Shown: positions 11,231 to 22,666 of the stretch, piece by piece
Layout of the letters: each line of letters starts with the position of its first letter
Position numbering within the stretch: position 1 is the stretch's first letter
NCBI RefSeq assembly: GCF_964355755.1
Contig: NC_092674.1
Coordinates: forward strand, 5,952,001-6,016,000
From: Antedon mediterranea
Taxonomy: Eukaryota > Animalia > Echinodermata
Direction of reading: 5' to 3'
DNA: 64,000 nucleotides
Program-made: the position numbers and the translations under genes
Notes under the pieces: generated by a model
What the model saw: only the letters and a program-made list of their open reading frames with translations
The model's database searches: none
What the model was told of the DNA's origin: nothing

Positions 11231-12384
11231 AGTTTTCCAATCCTACAATAGTCGATTACTATCCTTCAATGTGATCCTTGCGCAGCCGAATCAATGTGTA
11301 CTGAACTAATTCCGTAAAAAGTGAACATTTGTTTCTTATTCTGATCTTATAGATAAGAATAATAATTTCTAGTATGTCCTTAAGTTTAAAAGTTTTATCA
11401 AATTACCATAGGTTACATTCCCAATGCAGTATATATTTTATTTCCTCGATCGTTACCTAGTAACCGGGTAATCTTATAATGTTCTAAATTATGCTATGAC
11501 GTAACCCATGATGTAACCTATACGCAATCTGGTTGTATAATATCTAGTAGTGGGCTCAACTATCCTGAAATAGAAATCTGGCTAACCATTCTGCCACTCA
11601 CTCGCTGACATCACCCTGATCACAGGGATCAAGGCAGGGGCTGTCATGGGCTCCAATCCACTAAAATAAAAGATTCATCTATAATATAGTTCGATCGAAT
11701 TAAATCAATTGGCCAGTACTGGAAACCTCTCACATTTGTGCAAAAATGTCACAAGGAGTATTTAAGGAATACATTAACAAAAAATAAGAGATCATTCATG
11801 AATTTAGTGTCAAAGGTCATGAATAAATCATTCACCAATTATCCTTCTTTATAATATCATGTTTAACCGTCTGTAACTAAACAAAATTAACAAGTAAATA
11901 TTTGCATACACAATGTATTTATTTGTGTTTGTTTTAACGCATTTTCATGTTTTAATCAATTCTACAGCATTACAAGCTAGCTAAATATAATTCTCAAACA
12001 TAGAAGAAAGCTTCAATCTAATTAAACTCTAACAATTAAATGTTCAACTTGTTTTGATCACGCATTATGGTACCGAAACAAAAACATAGCAAACATTATA
12101 TTAAGGCTGAAATATCTGTCGAAGGTATTGTTCAAACTATGTCAGCCGATTCTAACACGGTCATTTATATTATATATAGAGAAAAAGAAGACAAACAAAC
12201 AAACTGAAGATTTCCGAGGTTTATGTCTCTAGACATAGTAACGTATGAGTATCGGGTGACTGATGTCCAAACTCATGCATACATGTAGCCTATGCGGCTC
12301 GTGTGAGAAGTTTTACTGTGATTGGAATATAAAAATACACCCTGGAAACAAAAGATCTATTCAGTACATAAGTCACTGTAGGAT

Positions 12385-14313
12385 TCAATTCTTCAAAGAT
12401 TTACTGGCTTGGTTGATCAATTCTACTGAAGAGAATCGATAAAAAGCAGCAAGTGGACGGAAAATGATGATAATAATTACCATTGTGTTTCCGAACATAA
12501 AATCCAACGCATCCGAATAGCATGTTTTAGAGTCCGGATTCACAACTATTTCACTCAGCCAAATGGTGGCATTAGCTATCATTAAATACTTCAAACAACG
12601 GCGAATGATAACTTTAGCGTCATTATCGACACTCTTAGTTCGTCGAATTTTTAGGATGAGTATTGTTTGCAGACTTGTTTGTACTAAGCTAATAACTGCC
12701 AGTAAAATTAGACCGAACTGTCTCGCTATGTTCAGATTGATATCATATTCGTTGATTTCCACCGTTTCTGTGAGATTCTGGAAATCTGCTATCAACTTGC
12801 CAGTTGCAGAAACACCGTTACAGCAGTTCAACACAAACTCACCGATTAGGCAGAACAGAAGAAGTGATTCGCTTCTGTTTAGGGACTTTATGAATAATTG
12901 TTGATTGTTAAGGTATCTTTTGCAAACTATTGCAGCAATCATCATTGAAGATGTGTAAACCGAAAGAGTAAATATCAGTATAGAACTAAATATATCATAT
13001 TGGATAAGTGTATAAAATTCTGTCATACCTATAATAAAAACAGACGGTAGTAAAATAAATACTGCCAATGCTATCCATTGATAGCAGTTATAGTTAATCT
13101 TGTTTGTTGTGCGATCTTCTGACATAGAGATACTCGTTCGTATTGTCCTGCAGCGCCTTCTAACGTGATCTCTGTTGTCGTGACTGGAGGATGTAGTTTC
13201 ATACGTACTTCCTACCATCCTTGTGCGTGTGGCTGTATTTCTGTCTTTGGGATGCAAACTCATCCAATACTGCAGCAGAATACTCGCACCCACAATATTA
13301 TACTCTTTCGAAAATGGTTGAAGACTGCTCAAGAATGTACGTAGAGGAGCTTGAATTTTATCGTAGCACAGTAAGACCTTATCGTTTTTAGTTGACACAT
13401 TAACTGTATGCAAGTCAATCTGTGGCCAATCCAGTTCCTGATATTCATCTGGTATTCCACTTACAGCGAGACTTTCCTTCCCAATACTATCCATCCAGCT
13501 GAGAATATTCGAAGACATCGTAAAGATAAATGCATATTGGAGAAAAGTACAGTTTTTGAAGGAAGCGCCTTTGAAACCTCTGAAGAACGCCATTTGAACG
13601 CAAGTGAAAAATACTTGGAAAAAGTTGTGCACTATATACATACTCTGTCGATATTTATCTATACCTCTAGATAGTAAAGGGACACATATTCCAATAAGTA
13701 CAATGTACGTTACTGATAGAATGATGTTCAAAGTACCAAAGACATAAACGCCAAAAAGAGGTTCAGAGACGCTTTGAGACTTTATCTCTCTTGGAGGAAG
13801 ATCTTCTAAAAGAAGTGGTTGACGTTCATCACTAGGTAGCGACTGTTTTTGAGGATATCTAATAAGGTCAAGCTCTTGCCATGATCTCTTCTTTCGCAGA
13901 ATGTACATCATTATTATCATGGAAATCGAATATATAATGATAACAATCCAATTCAAAATGTCATCATGTATTGCATAGGGTCCGCTACTGTAGAAGGCAA
14001 ACAGAAAAGCAATGTAAAATGAAAGTAGGCAGAAAAAAGCCATCAATGATGATATGCGGCCATCCTGAACAAAACTGCTTGTATCATTATACATTCTCAG
14101 ATCGTTCAATTTGTCTGTACCATCCGCACACGAAGACATAATATTTTCTTGATCTATTTCCGCAACTGTTGTCATTTCTTTGCCACAAAAAGACATGTCT
14201 GTTATCTGTCCATCCTCAGAAGACATATTATATTCTAGCTCGTCCTCCACACTAAGTAGGTATTCACTTGTGTTTCCATTTTCTGGTACATTTACATTTA
14301 CCAGTGAAGACAT
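12385..14313 (-). CDS. Otopetrin-like 12-TM protein (copy F), intronless, 642 aa
   Basis: Uninterrupted ORF with OTOP motifs. It is the only copy retaining a literal FYR (PLAAFYRFS). Confidence 0.88.
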   Translation of the reverse strand: MSSLVNVNVPENGNTSEYLLSVEDELEYNMSSEDGQITDMSFCGKEMTTVAEIDQENIMSSCADGTDKLNDLRMYNDTSSFVQDGRISSLMAFFCLLSFYIAFLFAFYSSGPYAIHDDILNWIVIIIYSISMIIMMYILRKKRSWQELDLIRYPQKQSLPSDERQPLLLEDLPPREIKSQSVSEPLFGVYVFGTLNIILSVTYIVLIGICVPLLSRGIDKYRQSMYIVHNFFQVFFTCVQMAFFRGFKGASFKNCTFLQYAFIFTMSSNILSWMDSIGKESLAVSGIPDEYQELDWPQIDLHTVNVSTKNDKVLLCYDKIQAPLRTFLSSLQPFSKEYNIVGASILLQYWMSLHPKDRNTATRTRMVGSTYETTSSSHDNRDHVRRRCRTIRTSISMSEDRTTNKINYNCYQWIALAVFILLPSVFIIGMTEFYTLIQYDIFSSILIFTLSVYTSSMMIAAIVCKRYLNNQQLFIKSLNRSESLLLFCLIGEFVLNCCNGVSATGKLIADFQNLTETVEINEYDINLNIARQFGLILLAVISLVQTSLQTILILKIRRTKSVDNDAKVIIRRCLKYLMIANATIWLSEIVVNPDSKTCYSDALDFMFGNTMVIIIIIFRPLAAFYRFSSVELINQASKSLKN

Positions 14314-14599
14314 TCTAAGCTATATCTATCACCATACAGAGAGTGTACAACTATTTCTTTTTGTACAAGTGTCAATACAATACCTCTATCTATTATTAAT
14401 GTACTAATATTAGGAACTATAAACTAGTCATTTCCTTAATTTATTATTAAATCTTTTATTGATCGGGATCCAATTCTACAGTTGATCGAATTTCATTGTG
14501 TGCGGTTTTTGTTATCATACAATACAGTATTTTGTTCCAGTTCCTTATTCAAATTAAATTAAAGGGACAGTTACAACTTTAAAAAAACCATTAACAACA

Positions 14600-17500
14600 T
14601 CTATATATAAATTTACGTAAGGGCAAAATTCGGTAAATCGCGCCTTACTTCTAGAATTTTTACTCGATGGTATATAAAGTTGGTTCGTACTTTCGGTACT
14701 GATTTTAACCACCTGATTTAACCCTGTTTACTAATTAAATTAAGTTAGATAATTAGTTATTGACGATTAAAACGAATTTAGGTTCAACGATTTGCCCCAA
14801 ATAGGGGTGTTTTCCGATCGTGGTATACACTGTCTAATGGATGTCCACCACAAAAATGCGAGGAGGCTTCGCATTTGCCCATCTCCTCCTACGATAATTG
14901 TTTTTAATAGCTGAAAACCGGTTGAACAGCTAGAGTACACCATCATAATGTTGAAGACAGGCCGATTTTCTTAAAAAAATACTATGTTGATAGATTTAAT
15001 ATATGATTATACAAATGTATTGATTTGCGATGAATGGAACATCAGTCTGCCAGAGTTTGGTTTAACACAAGTAGGTAAATTTATGAGCCCTTGGTTTAAC
15101 ACATACGGTAGGTAAATATATGGGCCCTTTGAGAATAAACTTGCAATACTTTGACAATACTGTAAATACCTATTAACTATTTTTAGTCCTCATTTGAATC
15201 GAACATTTCTTACTGTGAATGTTCGTACTGTTAGATGTAATATAAAAATATATACAGATAAACTTTATTACTGAGATTGTGGATAGGATCTACTGTTAGA
15301 TATATAAACACATTATCTATATATAAATTTACGTAAGGGCAAAATTCGGTAAATCGCGCCTTACTTCTATAATTTTTACTCGATGGTATATAAAGTTGGT
15401 TCGTACATTCGGTACTGATTTTAACCACCTGATGTAACCCTGTTTACTAATTAAATTAAGTTAGATAATAAGTTATTGACGGTTAAAACGAATTTAGGTT
15501 CCAAGATTTGCCCCAAATAGGGGTGTTTTCCGACCGTGGTATACACTGTATAATGGATGTCCATCTTGAAAAATACCCGCCACAAAAATGCGAGGAGGCT
15601 TCGCATTTTCCTATCTCCTCCTACGATAATTGTTTTTAATAGCTGAAAACCGGTTGAACAGCTAGAGTACACCATCATAATGTTGAAGACAGGCCGATTT
15701 TCTTTAAAAAATACTATTTTGATAGATTTAATATACGATTATACAAATGTATTGATTTGCGATGAATGGAACATCCCAATCTCTCAGTCTGCCAGAGCTT
15801 GGTTTAACACAAGTACTGTAGGTAAATTTATGAGCCCTTGGTTTAACACATACGGTAGGTAAATATATGGGCCCTTTGAGAATAAACTTGCAATACTTTG
15901 ACAATACTGTAAATACCTATTAACTATTTTTCATTTGAATCGAACATTTCTTACTGTGAATGTTCGTACTGTTAGATGTAATATAAAAATATATACAAAT
16001 AAACTTTATTACTGAGACTGTGGATAGGCTCTACTGTTAGATATACAAATAAACTTTATACTGACAGTTCCTTCTCAACGTTTGTATTAATTAATAATTA
16101 CCAAAAATATAAACGTCGTAGTGGTGTATCGTGACATGTACTTTAATATTTCAATCGATTATGACAGTGACAATTTTAACAAAGTATTAAATCGCAAATG
16201 TTTTAGGCCTACTGTATTTAGAGGTATATTATTTATAGGCCTATAAAACATGAACAAAATATTTCGTTACTCAGTGGATAAAGAATATATTTAAAAATTG
16301 TTCCTCTTTGTACCTATCCGCTTTCCCATCTCTCAACCCTAATGTTACATAGCGAGGAGGCTTCGCATTTTCCTATCTCCTCCTACGATAATTGTTTTTA
16401 ATAGCTGAAAACCGGTTGAACAGCTAGAGTACACCATCATAATGTTGAAGACAGGCCGATTTTCTTTAAAAAAATACTATTTTGATAGATTGCTAGAGTA
16501 CACCATCATAATGTTGAAGACAGGCCGATTTTCTTTAAAAAATACTATTTTGATAGATTTAATATACGATTATACAAATGTATTGATTTGCGATGAATGG
16601 AACATCCAGTAGTTTGGTTTAACACAAGTACTGTATGTAAATTTATGAGCCCTTGGTTTAACACATACGGTAGGTAAATATATGGGCCCTTTGAGAATAA
16701 ACTTGCAATAGGTTCGGAAAATGTTAAAAACCAATTTCTATTATTTGAATCGGTAAACAGTTTCCATTTATTATACATTGATAATGAAACATGAAATATT
16801 CCTATTTATGTCCCTCGAGGTTCATTACAATTTATATTTAGTAGTCCCACGGACTTCATCTTAGCCACTCCCCCGAGTGCTAAGGCCAAATTTATGATAC
16901 CCTACTTTCTATGTAGTTACAGTTAGTTCTTGACGATAATAATAATACAACGAATGTAGGTTACACCCTTCGGCCGCGAAAACGTTTCTGTACAAATATG
17001 ATACCGATTGGCTTTATTTCATTCAACAGCGACCATAATCTCGGCAATTACAGGATAGATAAACTATTTTATTATTGATGTGCTTATAAATTAAGACTCA
17101 TGTAAACAGCTTGATTACATCATTTTACAGACAAACGAAACTTTTTTAAACCTACTGTTTCAATAACTGAGTATAATACTGTATACGTTTTCATAAGTAA
17201 GTGCATATAGCCTACATTTTCGTGTTTTCATTGACGAGATTGTAATAGTAACTTCAGTAACTATTACAGTACTTATTTATTATACGACACAAGACAATTG
17301 TATCTGACAGGTACGTACATTATTCTAAAAAATAAGTCTAGATAGATCCCTTAGGCGTCATAAATCACAGGCCAACAAATCAGTACTCATGACAGAAATT
17401 CGACCCAGTTTGGTTCACACAAATGTTTACAGGAAGTTCAACACCACAACCGATGATTTGCCCTAAATATTTAGGTAGACTACAGTTTAATTTTTCACTG

Positions 17501-18466
17501 AATAGGAGCTTGAATTTCCGATTTCCATTTCGCAGAATGTCTAGGTCTATTTATTTAGTTTGGTTCTTATAATATATAAATACAATCAACTTTATTACTG
17601 CGGTTCCATCACCACCACCACGTGCTGCCGCCCAATTCCCGTACATACATTTCCATTTCTCCCTAATTTCTTTAATCCACATAAATTAATTGTCCTTTAT
17701 GGAATCCAGTATTGGTTTTGTTGTCTCTATTTCTGAATACCCCAATTAGGGGGACACTTCCGTTTTTGTTTAGTGTCCCAAAAAAGTCCCCGTCCGTGGA
17801 TTCTACTGTATTCGAGAACCATCTGTGAGCACCCCTAGATGGTACGCGAGCGAAGCGAGCGTGCCATCTAGTTATATACAAATAAACTTTATACTGACAG
17901 TTCCTTCTCAACGTTTGTATTAATTAATAATTACCAATAAAATAAACGTCGTAGTGGTGTACCGTGACATGTACTTTAATATTTCAATCGATTATGACAG
18001 TGACAGTTTTAACAAAGTATTAAATCGCAAATTTTTTACTGTATTTAGAGGTATATTATTTATAGGCCTATAAAACACGAAAAAAATATTTCGTTACTGA
18101 ATGGATAAAGAATATATTTAAAAATTGTTCCTCTTTGTACCTATCCGCTTTCCCATCCCTCAACCCTAATATAAAAAAACCCATACAAAACACAAATTGG
18201 GTTTCTTTAAATGAGTCCAAATCAAAAATTTGGACTCATTTTGTGATAATTTTCTCCTTCGGAAGTAATTCCCAGAGTGGTAATTTTAGTTGACTACATA
18301 AATCATCGTGTCTATTTATTCGTTTCTGTAAACGACAATGTATTATAGTCCTGCGGTACGTACATTTGAAATCGCCAGTTTTGTGACGCTGAAATTACTG
18401 TGTATTCGAGAACCATCTGTGGGCACGACCTAGATGGTACGCGAGCGAAGCGAGCGTACCATCTAG
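14600..18466 (+). mobile_element. Non-autonomous Helitron (outer copy) carrying a nested copy
   Basis: A|TCTATATATAAATTTACG start at 14600 and hairpin-CTAG|T end at 18466. Removing 15316-17871 leaves ~1.31 kb colinear with the 798-2104 element. Confidence 0.78.
15316..17871 (+). mobile_element. Nested chimeric Helitron (~2.56 kb)
   Basis: Second A|TCTATATATAAATTTACG start at 15316 and second hairpin-CTAG|T end at 17871. Internal duplications at 16351-16709 and ~1.1 kb of unrelated sequence at 16710-17800. Confidence 0.72.
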
Positions 18467-18556
18467 TATATATAATTAATGCGATATTTGAAAAAATAAT
18501 AATAAAAGACGTTTACTTTAAATAGCAATAATGATCATAAATTTAGATCAAAGATC

Positions 18557-18913
18557 ATTGATTGAATATATATTTATACTGGGTAACCTCTTCAGTCAAA
18601 GACTGGTCTCCCAGAGGGCCCAGTTGGTGATCAGTGGCTGTAATGTACTAATACACCGGGGTAACCCCCTACTCGTCTCGAAAGATGTACTAGGTTCTTT
18701 AAAGTGCACACGAGCTAGATGTGTACACTGGACCTACGGTTTATAGTCCTTATCCGAGAAGACTCGTTCTACCACCAGAACCATGGAGTGAGTAAGCCTC
18801 GAACCCCTGCCGATGTTATGGCTACGTGATTACGGTTCCACTGTCTTAACCGCTCGGCCACTCACTCCCTACTTACGGTTCCACTGTCTTAACCGCTCGG
18901 CCACTCACTCCCT
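18557..18913 (-). mobile_element. tRNA-derived SINE with Deu/Nin-like core
   Basis: The - strand head has an A box (TGGCCGAGCGG) and B box (GGTTCGAGGC). The core CTCGGATAAGGACTATAAACCG...TTAAAGAACC...GAGTAGGGGGTTACCCCGGTG resembles the Deu/Nin domain. (CAAT)n tail. A second copy lies at ~62050-62228. Confidence 0.7.
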
Positions 18914-19415
18914 ACATGAATTGGTATTTACAGAATATTTCTTGTAATTTCATGTTTAATTGTTTAGAACTATTAAACAAAAGTGACAAGTATATCTGCA
19001 TAACATTTGGAGGACTAATGTTTGTTCTCATTATTATAGCTTTACAGACTGGCTAAAAAAAACATAGAAGAATGATGTATGATTTCCACTGTGTTATTTA
19101 AAATTACAATGAGAATATTGATTTTAATTGAATTAAACTCAAACTTAAAATATTTAAACTAAATAAATCATGTATAATATCACCAAAATTACTAGTGAGC
19201 ATAATAACAATGTACTAACGATACAGGCAGTCTTAAAATTAAGCGATATGTTTCGATAATCTATTCTCATCATCAGAGCTATATAATCAAAAGCCTAAAG
19301 TATGTATATACCTTCTTAACAACTCTAAGTAAATGTAGCAATTTATAACATAATAAAGAAATAAGCAGGCAGACAACTAATTATTATTATTCAATAAGTC
19401 TTGCATGTATATTAG

Positions 19416-21383
19416 TCAATTCTTCAAACATTTACTGGCTTGGTAGAGCAAAACTACTGAAGTGAATAGATAATATGCAGTAAGAGGACGAAAAATTATA
19501 TTAACAATCACCATTGTGTCTCCGAACATAAAATAATATGTATCAAAAAAGCATGTTTTAGAGTCCGGAGAAACAACTATATTACTCAGCCAGATAGTGG
19601 CATTAGCTATCATTAAATACAAAAAACAACGATGAATGATAACTTTAGCGTCATTATCGACACTCTTAGTTCGTCGAATTTTCAAGATGAGAATTGTTTG
19701 CAGACTTGTTTGTACTATGTTTATAATTGTCAATACAATCAAAACAAGCTGTCTTGCTATGCTAAGATTCATTTGCGATTCATTGATTCCCGCCGTTTCT
19801 GTGAGATTCTTGATATCTGCTATCAATTTGCCAGTTGCAGAAACACCACCGCAGCAGCTCAACACATATACACCGATTAGGCAGAAGAGAAGAAGTGATT
19901 CGCCTCTGTTTAAGGACTTACACAATAATTGTTGTGGAGTTTTATTAAGGTAGTTTTTGGCAAATACGATAGCAATAATCATAGTAGATTTGTAAATTAA
20001 TAGAGTAAATATCTGTATGGTACCAAATATATCATATTGGATAAAGGTATACAATTCCGTCATACCTATAATAAAAACAGATGGTAGTAAAATAAATACT
20101 GCCAATGCTATCCATTGACAGCAGTTATAGTTAATCTTGCTTGCTGTGCGTTGGCTTATTCTGTCGTGTGGAATAGCGGTCATTATGCGTGTTCTGCAGC
20201 GCCTTCTAACCTGATCTCTGCTATTGTAATTGGTGGTTGTAGTTCCGTATGTACTTCCTACCATCCTTGTGCGTGTGGCTGTATTCCTGTCATTATTGGG
20301 ATGCATACTCATCCAATAGTGCAGCAGAATACTTACACACACAATATTATACTCTTTTGAAAATGGTTGAAGACTGCTAAAGAATGTACGTAGAGGAGTT
20401 TGAATTTGATCATAGCATATTACGATATTATCGTTCTTATTTGACATATTTGCTGGATCTAAATCAATAAGTGGCCAATCCAGTTCCTTATATTCCGGTG
20501 GTATTCCACTTACAGCAAGACTTTCTTTTCCGACACTATCCATCAAGCTGAGAATATTCGAAGACATCGTAAAGATGAATGCATATTGGAAAAAAGAGCA
20601 GTTTTTGAAGGAGGCCCCTTTAAAACATCTGAAGAACGTCATCTGGACTGATGTGAAAAACACTTGGAAAAACGTGTGCATTATAAACACACCCTGTCGA
20701 TAGGTATCTATATCTCTAGTTAGTAAAGGGACACACATTCCAGTAAGTACAATATGCGTCACTGATAGAATGATGTTCAGGGTACCAAAGACATAAACGC
20801 CAACAAGAGGCTCAGAGACGTTTTCGTACTTAATCTCCTCTGGTGGCGGAAAATCTTCTAAGAGGAGTGGTTGACGTTCATCACTAGTTAACGACTGTCT
20901 TTGAGAAAATCTAATAAAGTCAAGCTCTTGCCATGATCTCTTCTTTCGCAGAATGTACATCATCATTATCATGGAAATCGAATGGATAATGATAACAATC
21001 CAATGCAAAATGTCCCCATGAATACTATTGCGTCCGCTACTATAGTAAGCAAACAGCAAAGCAATGTAAAATGAAATTAAGCAGAAAAACACAAATATTG
21101 ACGACAAACGGCCATCATCAACGAAACTGCTTGTATCACATGTTGTTCTTTGATCTCCTGATTTCTCCGTTCTATCCTCAAACGAAGGTTCTTGATTTAT
21201 TTCTGAAATTTCCTCGTCAGGTGAACAAATATTAACTTCTAGCTGTTTTTGTACATACGGATCATTGTTGTATGTTGCTGTACTGTCCAAAGACCTATTA
21301 TATTGTAGCTTTTCTTCTACATCAGGCAGGTATTCACTTATGTTGCCATTTTCTGTTGCCTTTCCATTCCTAAACGAAGACAT
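19416..21383 (-). CDS. Otopetrin-like 12-TM protein (copy G), intronless, ~655 aa
   Basis: Uninterrupted ORF. The track start at 21413 is TTG, so the ATG of MSSFRNG at 21383, which matches paralog starts, is preferred. Confidence 0.86.
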   Translation of the reverse strand: MSSFRNGKATENGNISEYLPDVEEKLQYNRSLDSTATYNNDPYVQKQLEVNICSPDEEISEINQEPSFEDRTEKSGDQRTTCDTSSFVDDGRLSSIFVFFCLISFYIALLFAYYSSGRNSIHGDILHWIVIIIHSISMIMMMYILRKKRSWQELDFIRFSQRQSLTSDERQPLLLEDFPPPEEIKYENVSEPLVGVYVFGTLNIILSVTHIVLTGMCVPLLTRDIDTYRQGVFIMHTFFQVFFTSVQMTFFRCFKGASFKNCSFFQYAFIFTMSSNILSLMDSVGKESLAVSGIPPEYKELDWPLIDLDPANMSNKNDNIVICYDQIQTPLRTFFSSLQPFSKEYNIVCVSILLHYWMSMHPNNDRNTATRTRMVGSTYGTTTTNYNSRDQVRRRCRTRIMTAIPHDRISQRTASKINYNCCQWIALAVFILLPSVFIIGMTELYTFIQYDIFGTIQIFTLLIYKSTMIIAIVFAKNYLNKTPQQLLCKSLNRGESLLLFCLIGVYVLSCCGGVSATGKLIADIKNLTETAGINESQMNLSIARQLVLIVLTIINIVQTSLQTILILKIRRTKSVDNDAKVIIHRCFLYLMIANATIWLSNIVVSPDSKTCFFDTYYFMFGDTMVIVNIIFRPLTAYYLFTSVVLLYQASKCLKN

Positions 21384-22666
21384 TTTCCTAGATCGATAAA
21401 CTCCACCATCCAACGCTACCAGCTACAACTATATCCTGTCGTTGAAAACTTGTACAATTACATATAATAATCCGGCTGGCTATTATGCATTTTATTTAAA
21501 TGTCAGGTATACTAAGGCAGGTTATTTCCTTATTTATTTTTAGGTTTTTCATTGATTGAATGTTATGGTTGATTTCATCCATGATTACAATTAATGCTCT
21601 TTTGATAAGTTGTTTGGTTGCTGTCGATTGTTTCTTATTCTGATCTTATAGATAAGAATAATAATTTCTAGTATTTCCTTAAGTTTAAAAGTTTTATAAA
21701 ATTACCATAGGTTACATTCCCAATGCAGCATATATTTTATTTCCTCGATCGTTACCTAGTAACCGCGTCATCTTATAATGTTCTAAATTAGGCTATGACG
21801 TAACCCATGATGTAACCTATACGCACTCTGATTGTATAATATCTAGTAGTGGGCTCAACTATCCTGAAATAGAAATCTGGCTAACCGTTCTGCCACTCAC
21901 TCGCTGACATCACCCTGATCACAGGGATCAAGGCAGGGGCTATCATGGGCTCCAATCCACTAAAATAAAAGATTCATCTATAATATAGTTCGATCGAATT
22001 AAATCAATTGGCCAGTACTGGAAACCTCTCATATTTGTGCAAAAATGTCACAAGGAGTATTTAAGGAATACATTAACAAAAAATAAGAGATCATTCATGA
22101 ATTTAGTGTCAAAGGTCATGAATAAATCATTCACCAATTATCCTTCTTTATAATATCATGTTTAACCGTCTGTAACTAAACAAAATTAACAAGTAAATAT
22201 TTGCATACACAATGTATTTATTTTTGTTTGTTTTAACGCATTTTCATGTTTTAATCAATTCTACAGCATTACAAGCTAGCTAAATACAATTCTCAAACAT
22301 AGAAGAAAGCTTCAATCTATTTAAACTCTAACAATTAAATGTTCAACTTGTTTTGATCACGCATTATGGTACCGAAACAAAAACATAGCAAACATTATAT
22401 TAAGGCTGAAATATCCGTCGAAGGTATTGTTCAAACTATGTCAGCCAATTCTAACACGGTCATTTATATTATATATAGAGAAAAAGAAGACAAACAAACA
22501 AACTGAAGATTTCCGAGGTTTATGTCTCTAGACATAGTAACGTATGAGTATCGGGTGACTGATGTCCAAACTCATGCATACAGGTAGCCTATGCGGCTCG
22601 TGTGAGAAGTTTTACTGTGATGGGAATATAAAAATACACCCTGGAAACAAAAGATCTAGTCAGTAA

